Shown: positions 37,313-47,060 of the stretch, piece by piece
Layout of the letters: every line of letters begins with the position of its first letter
Position numbering within the stretch: the first letter of the stretch is position 1
The notes under the pieces: model-generated
Seen by the model: only the letters and a program-made list of their open reading frames with translations
What the model was told of the DNA's origin: nothing
Databases searched by the model: none
From: Pseudobdellovibrionaceae bacterium
GTDB lineage: Bacteria; Bdellovibrionota; Bdellovibrionia; Bdellovibrionales; Bdellovibrionaceae
Direction of reading: 5' to 3'
Length of the DNA stretch: 64,000 nt
Assembly (NCBI GenBank): GCA_044359815.1
Contig: JBIKLL010000003.1
Span: 1-64,000, forward strand
Made by a program: the position numbers and the translations under genes

Positions 37313-39391
37313 ATGAGGCTGCAAACAATTTCAATAGTTGTCATCACTCTTTTGGTTTTTTTAGGAGTGGTTATTTGGCGGGTAGATCGATTGATGATGT
37401 CACCGCAAACAAATGTGCTTGAGAGCAATTCCAAGGCTCATGTGTCGGCTATTGCCAATAGTTTCAAAAATGAATTAGACGGACTGACCAAGCAATTGCA
37501 AAAAGGCATTTTGGTGGAAAATGACCAAAGGGCCATGGACGTCATGCCAGCATTTGAAGCCATTGCGGTAATGAAATCCAATGGCGGCGGCGGATTGATC
37601 AGTTCTCGTGTTTTGGCTATCGCCAATTCAAAAGCCAAAGACTGGTTGCCAGCTTCGGGATTGCAGTCTTTGAATCTTAAACAGAGCGGAATATTTTTAG
37701 TCCGAGACTACGGCCGACAGAATCGATTGATGATGACTGTTTCAACCAAAGATAATTTAGTGATCGTTGGTCTGCTGCAGTCAAATTTTTTACAAAAGTT
37801 CATCGACCGCCAACAGGGATTTATGGCAGAGCTCGCTGTGGTAAACACCGACGGTGTTGCCTTGGCTCATTCGACGGCTGAATACGTCGGGACCTCGCTG
37901 AAAAATGATCCTATCGTTCAAGACATTTTAAATCAGGGGCTTCCCAATGGCAGCGGCACTTATGAGAATGCAAAAGGTGATTTGTTGCAATCGCATTTTG
38001 AACAGGTCTCTGCCAGTAATTTGTATTTGATTTCTAACATTGCCCTCAGTGTCCTAAATGGCGAACGCATTAACACCATATTTCAGATTTCATTAATGGG
38101 TCTGGGATTTTTGCTGCTGTTAGTGGGTGTGTTGTATGTTCTGATTCCCAAAAATAAAATCGCTGCCGACAACAGGGATTTAAATGAGCCCGTGGTTATC
38201 AATCCAATGTTGACAGCTATGAGCACTCCAGGGATCAGCATGGGCAGCGAGGAACGATTGCAAGTGTTTCAGCAAGTCGCCTCATCGTTGGCTCATGAGT
38301 TAAATCCCAAGCTGAATTCATTATTTTACCATGTTCAGTTATTGAAAAAGAATCTGGAAAATTCAGATAAGGCAAAAGAGTACACGACCAGTATCGAATC
38401 TCAAGTACGAGCACAAAAAGCCTTAGTTGGTAAACTTATGGGGTTTGCAGGTGAGGACAAATTGAAAATTGAAGAGTGTCAGCTGGAAGAAGTTGTCACG
38501 AAAGCTCTCAAAAGTGTTGAGGGAAAGATTCTGCAAAAGAAAATCCAGGTGCAAAAACACTTTATGACCAAGCCTTCGTTTCAGATGTCAAAGGACCAGG
38601 TTCAAAAAATTTTGGAGGCTGTTTTGATGAATGCAGTTGAAAGCATGGAACGAGTCGCCAGAAAAGAAATTTCGGTTTCAGTCATGCAACAAAACGAAAT
38701 GGTTTTTTTACAAGTGCAAGACACTGGAGAAGGAATTCCTGCTGATAAAATTAAAAAAATATTTGATCCCTTTTACACATCTAAGCCCACTATCAAACAT
38801 GCGGGACTGGGATTATCTACGGCGTTGGGGCTGGTTAAAGAAATGAATGGTGACATCGAAGTCACTAGCGAAGTCGGAAAGGGGTCTATAGTGACAATAA
38901 AACTGGATACCAATTGGAAGGCACACAGTGATAAATTATTAAATGAAACCAGTGATAAGCCACTGAACGATACCGCAGCTACAGCACAGTTGCCGCAAGT
39001 AAAACTGCCGACTGCAAAAGTGGATTTAAATTCAGATGTCAGTGCTGTCGAACCCAAGGTCGAAGCTTCAAAAGCCGTTAGGCGCAGCATGAGGTCCTTG
39101 GATGTCAGAGCCACCGAAAAGCTTTACGATGATGATAAAACCGAACTGTCCAATCCCAATATTTTAGCTGACGATTCAGTTGAAAAAATGTTGGATTCAG
39201 AAGAGCTATCAGTTGAGCCCTTGTCACCAGAAGTCATGCCGAATCTTGAAAAAATCGCCTTTGAAAAGAAAATCAGCTCACCCAAGCTGGGTAATCCCCT
39301 GCAGGTGAAAGTCAAAAATTCTGTGTTGGATGATTATACTGTGGAAATCCGCGCACCCAAATCTAAAGACAAGGAGCAAGTGATTTCATGA
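37313..39391 (+). CDS. Cache-domain sensor histidine kinase with acidic C-terminal tail
   Basis: Two TMs around a Cache-like domain; LAHEL, NAVE, DTGEGI, FDPFYTSK, GLGL. Confidence 0.88.
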   Translation: MRLQTISIVVITLLVFLGVVIWRVDRLMMSPQTNVLESNSKAHVSAIANSFKNELDGLTKQLQKGILVENDQRAMDVMPAFEAIAVMKSNGGGGLISSRVLAIANSKAKDWLPASGLQSLNLKQSGIFLVRDYGRQNRLMMTVSTKDNLVIVGLLQSNFLQKFIDRQQGFMAELAVVNTDGVALAHSTAEYVGTSLKNDPIVQDILNQGLPNGSGTYENAKGDLLQSHFEQVSASNLYLISNIALSVLNGERINTIFQISLMGLGFLLLLVGVLYVLIPKNKIAADNRDLNEPVVINPMLTAMSTPGISMGSEERLQVFQQVASSLAHELNPKLNSLFYHVQLLKKNLENSDKAKEYTTSIESQVRAQKALVGKLMGFAGEDKLKIEECQLEEVVTKALKSVEGKILQKKIQVQKHFMTKPSFQMSKDQVQKILEAVLMNAVESMERVARKEISVSVMQQNEMVFLQVQDTGEGIPADKIKKIFDPFYTSKPTIKHAGLGLSTALGLVKEMNGDIEVTSEVGKGSIVTIKLDTNWKAHSDKLLNETSDKPLNDTAATAQLPQVKLPTAKVDLNSDVSAVEPKVEASKAVRRSMRSLDVRATEKLYDDDKTELSNPNILADDSVEKMLDSEELSVEPLSPEVMPNLEKIAFEKKISSPKLGNPLQVKVKNSVLDDYTVEIRAPKSKDKEQVIS

Positions 39392-40812
39392 AAATTGAAA
39401 TGAAGTCGCATTTTAATATCGCAATTTTGTTTTTAAAAAAGGACCTGGGGGCCGAAGTCAGAACCGAACTGATTGGTGCAGGTTATTCGGCAACTTTTTG
39501 TCATAACGAAAAAGACATCTACGATTTGGTTAAATCTAAACCGCCCCACATAATATTGTTTCATCCAGAGGCCTTGGGCACCAGTATGAATGAATTCATT
39601 CAGCAGATTTTAAATGATAATAACGAAATTCAATTTGTGACTGTAGCGCCGGCGGTTCACACTAAACTGGTTTCTGAATACAGACCATTCAATCTGAAGG
39701 CAGTTGTCCCTGAGGGCGAACACCTGTCACTGCGGATAAACTGGGTGATTGATCAGATGACTGAGGCTTTGTACGGACTTTATCAAAACGAAAAACTGTA
39801 TCAAGATTTGCAGGACAGGCCTGCGGTCAGCGCAAATCCTGAAGGCACTTATCAATGGTTTTCAAAAGTGAAAAATCATTTTGAAGACTGTAAAGACCGT
39901 GATGATTTGGTGACAAATTATTTTAGCTTGATCGAACAACCAATTGTGTTTCTGAAAGTGCTTCCGACCCTGCAGTCCATTGTGTTGACTAATGGGGCTC
40001 ATATCGATTGGGAAAAATTCAAAGATAAGAACCTAAGGCTTTCCAAGGAAGAAATGGATTTGATCAAAAACGGTCATGATCAAAATTCGGCGCCCATTTG
40101 GTTGAAGGTTTGGATGGAAGAAACTTTTACTCAAGAGAAATACAGCATCAGGGCCATTTACATAAATGAAACTTTGATCGGAATGTTTCTCAGCTGGGGA
40201 CAGTCGCCATTGCCTCTGGACCAGGCAGATATTTTGGATTCGATGTTTTCAGTTTACTTTGATAAAATTCATTCACAGCAAATGCATGAAGGCCGTGAAT
40301 TGCTGGATCCCACGACCAATATGTACAATCGCAAGGCTTATTATTTGCGACTGGAGGAAGAGGTCGCCAGAGCAGACCGGACCACTCAGCCCTTGTGTTT
40401 ATTGAAATTGGCTTTGGACAACAAAGACAAAGTCGAAAAGGCCATTGGCAAAAAGAATTTTGAAATCATCATCAAAAATATTTCGCAGCTGTTAAAAAAA
40501 TCCAGCAGGTTAAATGATTCAGCAGCCAGAACTAATGATGCTGAGTTCACCTTGATTTTATCAGACAGCAATAAAGACGGGGCTTTGGTTCGTGCAGAAA
40601 GACTGCGGCAGGTGGTGGAAGGCCATGCCTTTGTTGAAGGATTAAAAATAACCGTCAGTTGTGGGATTTCCGAATACCCCAAACTGGCCAACAGCTTTTC
40701 GGAATTAGATATTACCTGTGACAAGGCTTTGCGGGCAGCATTTGAAAATGGCGGAAACAAAGTTTGTTTGTACTCAAAGGACCAGCGAAAGGTTCAATTG
40801 GAGGTTGATTGA
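39388..40812 (+). CDS. Receiver-like plus degenerate GGDEF protein (probable c-di-GMP receptor)
   Basis: DPTTNMYNR; RLND I-site; NDAEF in place of GGDEF; TVSCGIS; GGNKV. Confidence 0.82.
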   Translation: MKIEMKSHFNIAILFLKKDLGAEVRTELIGAGYSATFCHNEKDIYDLVKSKPPHIILFHPEALGTSMNEFIQQILNDNNEIQFVTVAPAVHTKLVSEYRPFNLKAVVPEGEHLSLRINWVIDQMTEALYGLYQNEKLYQDLQDRPAVSANPEGTYQWFSKVKNHFEDCKDRDDLVTNYFSLIEQPIVFLKVLPTLQSIVLTNGAHIDWEKFKDKNLRLSKEEMDLIKNGHDQNSAPIWLKVWMEETFTQEKYSIRAIYINETLIGMFLSWGQSPLPLDQADILDSMFSVYFDKIHSQQMHEGRELLDPTTNMYNRKAYYLRLEEEVARADRTTQPLCLLKLALDNKDKVEKAIGKKNFEIIIKNISQLLKKSSRLNDSAARTNDAEFTLILSDSNKDGALVRAERLRQVVEGHAFVEGLKITVSCGISEYPKLANSFSELDITCDKALRAAFENGGNKVCLYSKDQRKVQLEVD

Positions 40813-41918
40813 ATTTTCGACCAACCAGAGCCATTATCCGTTTGGATTTTTTAAAGCAGAACTTCAAAATTCTGAAAGCTTTAAATAACAATTTATTTAT
40901 TTGTCCCATGGTCAAGGCCAATGCCTATGGGCATGGCAGTGTGGAAGTTTCAAATGCTTTGATTCAAGCTGGAGCTACCCATCTGGGGGTGGCTTTGGTG
41001 GAGGAAGCTTTGGTATTGCGACAGCAGAAAATCAATTCTGATATTTTGGTATTCGGTGGGTTTGACAACCAAAGTGTTAATCAGATTGTGCAGCATAAAC
41101 TAACGCCGGTGATTGGGACATTGGAAAACTTAAAAATGCTTTCGATGGCCGGTGTGGCTGTGAACATCCATTTAAAAATTGATACGGGCATGCACAGAAT
41201 GGGAATTTTGCCTGAACAAGTCGAACAGGCAATCACCCTTATCAAAAATTCTGGCAAAATAAATTTGGTTGGATTAGCCACCCATTTATTAAGCGGGCAC
41301 GAAGCCAGCAGCTCTGAAGCTCAATTGCAAAAATTTGATAAAGCCCTTCTGAAATTTCAAAACACTAACATGGTTAAACATGTTTTTAATTCAACGGGTC
41401 TATTGTGTTCAGCAAAAAATCACATTCAATATGGATCCAGACCTGGGATTTTGCTTTACGGTCCCTGCCCCAATCTGCCACAGCAGCAGCTCAGTCAATT
41501 TAAACAAGTCATGACCCTCAGAACAAAAGTCATCAGGTATCATCATCTGCGTCCAGGTGATACGGTCTCTTACGGAGCGACGTGGACAGCTCAGCAGGAA
41601 TCAATTATCGCTGTTTTGCCGGTGGGTTATGCAGATGGGGTCAAGAGATCCCTTTCCAATAAGGGCACAGTGTTATTTAAGAACCAAAAAGCAAAAATAG
41701 TAGGCACCGTCTGCATGGATTACACAATGATTGATGTGACCCACATTGTTGGAAGCGGAGCTGCTAATTCTATAGCACTTGAAGAGGTCACTATATTTGG
41801 ATACGACAGTGACAATCATTTTATTTCGGTTCAAGAAATGGCAGAGGCCGCTGGAACGATATCTTACGAAATGATGACGGGCCTGGGGGGGCGAGTGCCA
41901 AGGGAATTTGTTCAATGA
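40809..41918 (+). CDS. alr: Alanine racemase
   Basis: VKANAYGHG, KIDTGMHRMG, RPGILLYG, GYADG, CMD. Confidence 0.96.
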   Translation: MNFRPTRAIIRLDFLKQNFKILKALNNNLFICPMVKANAYGHGSVEVSNALIQAGATHLGVALVEEALVLRQQKINSDILVFGGFDNQSVNQIVQHKLTPVIGTLENLKMLSMAGVAVNIHLKIDTGMHRMGILPEQVEQAITLIKNSGKINLVGLATHLLSGHEASSSEAQLQKFDKALLKFQNTNMVKHVFNSTGLLCSAKNHIQYGSRPGILLYGPCPNLPQQQLSQFKQVMTLRTKVIRYHHLRPGDTVSYGATWTAQQESIIAVLPVGYADGVKRSLSNKGTVLFKNQKAKIVGTVCMDYTMIDVTHIVGSGAANSIALEEVTIFGYDSDNHFISVQEMAEAAGTISYEMMTGLGGRVPREFVQ

Positions 41919-42733
41919 AAGTAATTGCTGCATTTCATGACTGGGCTGAGAGTTTTGAAGTCAAAACAATTAAATTCGTGAAGGACATTGGCGAAATTTG
42001 TTTGTTTGCAGTTTCAACCATTAAAGTTTCTTTTGAAAAACCATACAGATATTTAGAAGTCGTCAAACACATGGAATTTGTGGGCAATCAATCCGTGTTC
42101 ATCATTGCGCTGACTGGATTGTTCACGGGCTTGGCCTTGTCGTTTCAAGTTTATTTGGGTTTTAAATTAGTGAACGCTGTGAATCTGGTAGGTCCGACGG
42201 TTGCGTTGGGAATTACTCGCGAGCTGGGGCCGGTATTGACGGGTCTTATTGTTGCAGCTCGGGCAGGAGGAGCTATGGCGGCTCGCTTGGGGACAATGCG
42301 GGTCAATGAACAAATCGATGCTCTTGATGTGATGGGTGTTAATACCAAACAGTATCTGATTGCCCCCAGAGTTTACGCGACAATTATTTGCATGCCTTTG
42401 CTAACCGCCATTTTTGATTTTGTAGCGATGCTGGGGTCTTATGTTCTGTGTGTAAAATTAGTTGATCTGGATGAAGCTATATTTTGGGATAAGATCAGAT
42501 CGACGTTAGAAGTCCGTCACATTAACGAAGGGCTTTTTAAGTCTGCAATTTTTGGTTTAGTCTTTGCCTTTATTTGCACCTACCGCGGATTCACTACAAC
42601 CGGCGGAGCCAAGGGCGTCGGAGAAGCCACAAACAGAGGTGTTGTGATCTCGATGGTGATGATTATTGTATTAGATTATTTTTTAACTAATTTTATCAGG
42701 CTGTTTTATTCTCTGACAGGGATTGCGTCTTAG
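41915..42733 (+). CDS. mlaE: MlaE family ABC permease
   Basis: RELGPVLTGL, LGTMRVNEQIDAL, GVGEAT. Confidence 0.92.
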   Translation: MKVIAAFHDWAESFEVKTIKFVKDIGEICLFAVSTIKVSFEKPYRYLEVVKHMEFVGNQSVFIIALTGLFTGLALSFQVYLGFKLVNAVNLVGPTVALGITRELGPVLTGLIVAARAGGAMAARLGTMRVNEQIDALDVMGVNTKQYLIAPRVYATIICMPLLTAIFDFVAMLGSYVLCVKLVDLDEAIFWDKIRSTLEVRHINEGLFKSAIFGLVFAFICTYRGFTTTGGAKGVGEATNRGVVISMVMIIVLDYFLTNFIRLFYSLTGIAS

Positions 42734-43489
42734 ATGGAATCAGCAATTATCCTAGACGATGTTAAAAAAACTTTTGATAACAAGGACTATATTTTAAATG
42801 GGCTTAATTTAAAAATTCCTAAAGGCTCATTGACTGCCATAATTGGTTTTTCGGGCACAGGTAAATCCGTAATGTTAAAACATATTCTGGGTTTGATAAA
42901 ACCGACCTCAGGATCCATTAAGGTTTTAGACCGAGAAGTTACTGATATGGACAAAGACGAACTGACGATTTTTCGCAGAAGATTTGGAGTTCTGTTTCAA
43001 GGAGCAGCTTTGTTTGATGACATGTCTGTTTTGGAAAATGTTTGCTTTCCATTGATTGAGCACCGCAGAGAGCTGACGGAAAAACAGATGATCGATATTG
43101 CCAGCAGTAAATTGAAACAGGTCGGTCTTGAGGAAAAGCATTTTGAAAAACTACCTTCCCAAATTTCTGGTGGTATGCAGAAGCGAACGGGTCTGGCCAG
43201 GGCCTTGGCCCTGGATCCTGACATTATTTTTTATGATGAACCTACCACTGGACTGGACCCCATTCTGACTGAAATGGTTGATAATTTAATCTTGGAAACT
43301 CACAAGCACAAAGAAGGTATGACTTCGGTCATGGTGTCTCATGATTTAACAGCAGCCTTCCGAATAGCAGATTACGTTGCCATGCTTAACGCCGGGAAGG
43401 TGTTATTGTTTGGAACGCCAAAAGATTTCTTTAACACAGAAATCGAATTGGTGAAAAAGTTTGTGGCCAAAGGAATGAAGCACGAATGA
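42734..43489 (+). CDS. mlaF: MlaF family ABC ATPase
   Basis: GFSGTGKS, ISGGMQKR, YDEPTTGLDP. Confidence 0.92.
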   Translation: MESAIILDDVKKTFDNKDYILNGLNLKIPKGSLTAIIGFSGTGKSVMLKHILGLIKPTSGSIKVLDREVTDMDKDELTIFRRRFGVLFQGAALFDDMSVLENVCFPLIEHRRELTEKQMIDIASSKLKQVGLEEKHFEKLPSQISGGMQKRTGLARALALDPDIIFYDEPTTGLDPILTEMVDNLILETHKHKEGMTSVMVSHDLTAAFRIADYVAMLNAGKVLLFGTPKDFFNTEIELVKKFVAKGMKHE

Positions 43490-44862
43490 AACTACTGCAA
43501 GCTGCAGAATTTAGAGTCGGAGCCATGGTACTGATTGTATCATCTCTGATAGCTTTTATGTCGATGCAAGTCACCAATGACCCCAGCTACATGGGAAGAT
43601 CAAACGAAGCATGGTTTTTAATGCCGGATGCAAATGGTTTGGTTAAAGGCAGTGCAGTTAAGAGTGCTGGGATTCCGGTAGGGATAATAAAAAACATCAC
43701 TTTGCAAGACGGTCAGGCACGCATGGAAATTTCGACAAGACCTGATTTTAAATTGTTTCAATCAGCTGCTATTGAAATCAGATCACAGGGCATCTTGGGT
43801 GATAAGTTTGTATCATTGTATCCGGGATCACCCACTGACCCTCCGCTTGAAAAAAATGGACAGATTCTGACGATAAAGGATTCAGGTTCACTGGATAGTT
43901 TGGTGACCAGTGTGGGTGATGTGGCAGGGTCATTGAAAGAAACTGCGCAAGCGTTGAAGGAAGCCGTGCAGGGTGACGGAACCAGAAAACACGTCCTAGG
44001 CAGAATTGTTTCTAACATCGAAGTTTTAACAGCTGACATTGCTCAGATGACGACTCAAAACAAAGAACAAATTGGCGAAATCGTTTCACAGGTCAACAGG
44101 GTTACTAAATCCTTAGATGATATCTTAAATGGCGACGGAGATGATTCGTTAAAGCAACAGCTTAAGCGCACTATGGCTCGGCTGGATTCAGCAATGAAAA
44201 ACATCGATGAAATCACCGAAAAGGTTAACAAAGGTGAAGGCACAATTGGCCGATTGATTAATGATGAAGAAACCGTTGAAGAGCTAAACACAGCCATTGG
44301 CGGAGTGAACGGATTTTTGGATACAGCTGGCAAAATGCAAACCGGTTTGGATTTTCACAGCGATTATCAAACCAGCTTAGGTGTGACCAAAACAACTGTG
44401 GGCATCAAGATCCAACCGGGACTGGACAGATATTATTACCTGGGGATTGTTGACGATCCGGCAGGCGTGGTTGAAAAAACCGACACCAGTTTGACAACGG
44501 GTGGGGTTACAACTGACAGTTCCGAGGTCAAAACCTATAAAAGCAAAACTAAATTTAATTTGCTGTTTGCTAAAAACTTTTATGATTTCACCATCAAGGG
44601 CGGTTTGATGGAAAACGCCGGTGGCGTGGGTTTTGAGTACAATATTTGGGCTGATAAATTGAGGTTTTCATTAGATGCTTTGGAATTCAGTAATCTGAAT
44701 CTGAGAGCACAGTTGCAGTGGAATATCTGGAAGGGCGTTTACGTCCTGGGTGGTGTCGGAGATGCTCTGGATAAACAGAGCAAGCGAACCAGTTATTTTG
44801 GTGCAGGATTATTGCTGACCAATGATGATTTAAAAATCCTTATGACTAAATTACCATTATAA
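43486..44862 (+). CDS. mlaD: MCE/MlaD family protein with helical stalk and C-terminal beta-rich domain
   Basis: ANGLVKGSAVKSAGIPVG, GILGDKFV, GEGTIGRLI. Confidence 0.85.
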   Translation: MKLLQAAEFRVGAMVLIVSSLIAFMSMQVTNDPSYMGRSNEAWFLMPDANGLVKGSAVKSAGIPVGIIKNITLQDGQARMEISTRPDFKLFQSAAIEIRSQGILGDKFVSLYPGSPTDPPLEKNGQILTIKDSGSLDSLVTSVGDVAGSLKETAQALKEAVQGDGTRKHVLGRIVSNIEVLTADIAQMTTQNKEQIGEIVSQVNRVTKSLDDILNGDGDDSLKQQLKRTMARLDSAMKNIDEITEKVNKGEGTIGRLINDEETVEELNTAIGGVNGFLDTAGKMQTGLDFHSDYQTSLGVTKTTVGIKIQPGLDRYYYLGIVDDPAGVVEKTDTSLTTGGVTTDSSEVKTYKSKTKFNLLFAKNFYDFTIKGGLMENAGGVGFEYNIWADKLRFSLDALEFSNLNLRAQLQWNIWKGVYVLGGVGDALDKQSKRTSYFGAGLLLTNDDLKILMTKLPL

Positions 44863-44882
44863 AAAACAACAAAAGGAAGATT

Positions 44883-45500
44883 ATGAAAAAATTAATTTTG
44901 TGCATTTTAACGGGATTGGTTTTCAATGTTCAGCAGGCATCAGCTGCTGGCGGAAGTTTAGTTGGTTTTAATGTGGGATCAGGGATTCCTTATCTGACAC
45001 AGGCTGGACTGAACTACGTGACTGCTTCCAGAAATTTTAGCTTTGAATTGGGTTACAATGCCTTAAGTCTGACTGCGACAACAGCGGCTTCATCAATTTC
45101 TGTCGGTCTCAATAAAATGGAATTTTCACTGCGATGGCATCCATTTGCAGGATCATTTTTTTTAGGAGCAGGGTTGGGCCAACAGACTATGTATTCTAAG
45201 GCATCAGAAACTATTTCTTCACAGGTGATTGAATCTAAAGTTGAAGTTAAATCAAATGTATTAACCACACAGGCCGGTTGGATGTGGGGAATGGCCAATG
45301 GCGGATTATTTTTTGGGATTGATTTTGGATTTCAAAACCCATCAGGTGCAAAGACCACGATCACCACAAATGCTGATACTGCAATCGAAGCTACAACAGA
45401 CTATCAAACCTTGCTTACAGACACTGCAGAGCAAGCCAACAAATACGGCAATACCGGTTTTGCAACATTCACGTTTTTTAGATTGGGATATTTGTTTTAA
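44883..45500 (+). CDS. Putative outer-membrane beta-barrel protein
   Basis: Signal peptide; RWHPF motif; C-terminal LGYLF. Confidence 0.72.
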   Translation: MKKLILCILTGLVFNVQQASAAGGSLVGFNVGSGIPYLTQAGLNYVTASRNFSFELGYNALSLTATTAASSISVGLNKMEFSLRWHPFAGSFFLGAGLGQQTMYSKASETISSQVIESKVEVKSNVLTTQAGWMWGMANGGLFFGIDFGFQNPSGAKTTITTNADTAIEATTDYQTLLTDTAEQANKYGNTGFATFTFFRLGYLF

Positions 45501-45544
45501 TAATTTCAGTGACAATTTGATGCTGTAAAAATAAAAGAGTCTGT

Positions 45545-47059
45545 ATGTTTAAACAGGCTCTTGTCTCTGTATCTGATAAATCTGGATTGGTCGAATTTTT
45601 GAAGCCCTTAGTCGCTAAGGGATTAAAAATTGTTTCAACGGGTGGAACATTCAAACACCTCAAGGATAACGGAATTGCAGTCACGGACATCAGTCAGCTG
45701 ACAAAATTTCCCGAAGTCATGGATGGCAGGGTAAAGACCTTGCATCCCAATGTGCACATGGGTTTGTTGGCTAGGGATTTTGTCCCCGGTGATTTAGAAC
45801 TTTTAAAACAGCATGGTTTGGAGCCCTTTGATTTAGTCATCGTAAATCTGTATCCCTTTGAAGAGGCCTTCAAAAATCGTCAGAAACTGAACGATGCCGA
45901 AATGATTGAAAAAATTGATATCGGCGGACCATCAATGCTCCGAAGTGCCGCAAAAAGCTTTCCGCGGATCTGTGTGATTTGCGATCCAAAAGATTATTCT
46001 TGGATTTCGCAAAAACCTGAACTGACTCTGGCTGATCGCAAAAATCTGGCAGCCAAAGTTTTTGCCCACACATCCACCTATGATTCCCTGGTATTTAAGT
46101 TTCTGAATCCGGAATGGGGTCCGGAATTCAGCTTGGGTGGTAAACAGGTAATGGAGCTCAGATATGGTGAAAATCCTCAGCAAAAAGCCAGTTGGTATTC
46201 CCTGGCAGGATCCTCAGAGGGCCTGCATTTTTCTGAAATCATTCAGGGGAAGGCTCTGAGTTACAATAATATTTTGGATTTAGATGCTTCGCTAAAATTG
46301 GCTTTGTTGTTTGAGCAACCTGTTTGTGTATCTGTTAAACACAACAACCCCTGTGGTGTAGCTAGTGACAAAGATTTTTTTACGGCGGTTGAAAAATCCA
46401 TCAAGGCTGATCCTGTCAGTGTGTTTGGTGGAATCATTGCAGTTAACAGACAGGTCACAGGTGATGTGGCAAAAATGCTTTCAGCAATTTTTTTGGAATG
46501 CGTGATTGCCCCTGATTACACTCAAGAAGCGTTGAAGGTTTTTGAAAACAAAAAAAACCTAAGGGTTTTGAAATTAAAAATGGATTCTTTGACTGCAAGC
46601 TATGATTTTAAAACTGTTTTAGGTGGTTTTTTATTGCAATCAGCTGATACCAAGTGGGGCAACACTGCAGATTGGGATTTTAAAAATCAGAAAATTGATG
46701 ACAGTGTTTTATCTGATCTAGTATTTGGCGAAAAAGTTTGCGGGTCATTAAAAAGCAATTCGATTGCTATCGTCAAAGACGGGCAGACTTTAGGCTTGGG
46801 AATGGGCCAGGTAAATCGAGTCGAGGCTGTTCAGCATGCGATAGACAGAATGAAGACCCATCATGGTGAAATCAAAAATACAGTGTTAATAAGCGATGCT
46901 TTCTTTCCGTTTCCGGATTCGATAGAGATCGCGGCCAAAGCCCATGTAAAATATATTTTGCAACCGGGCGGTTCTGTAAAGGATAATGAAGTGTTAGCAG
47001 CGGCTGAGAGGCTAGGTATAACAATGATCCTTTCACAGAATAGGCATTTTAGACATTAA
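45545..47059 (+). CDS. purH: Bifunctional AICAR transformylase/IMP cyclohydrolase
   Basis: ALVSVSDK, GRVKTLHP, IDIGGP, LRYGENPQQ, KHNNPCG, SDAFFPF. Confidence 0.97.
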   Translation: MFKQALVSVSDKSGLVEFLKPLVAKGLKIVSTGGTFKHLKDNGIAVTDISQLTKFPEVMDGRVKTLHPNVHMGLLARDFVPGDLELLKQHGLEPFDLVIVNLYPFEEAFKNRQKLNDAEMIEKIDIGGPSMLRSAAKSFPRICVICDPKDYSWISQKPELTLADRKNLAAKVFAHTSTYDSLVFKFLNPEWGPEFSLGGKQVMELRYGENPQQKASWYSLAGSSEGLHFSEIIQGKALSYNNILDLDASLKLALLFEQPVCVSVKHNNPCGVASDKDFFTAVEKSIKADPVSVFGGIIAVNRQVTGDVAKMLSAIFLECVIAPDYTQEALKVFENKKNLRVLKLKMDSLTASYDFKTVLGGFLLQSADTKWGNTADWDFKNQKIDDSVLSDLVFGEKVCGSLKSNSIAIVKDGQTLGLGMGQVNRVEAVQHAIDRMKTHHGEIKNTVLISDAFFPFPDSIEIAAKAHVKYILQPGGSVKDNEVLAAAERLGITMILSQNRHFRH

Positions 47060-47060
47060 C

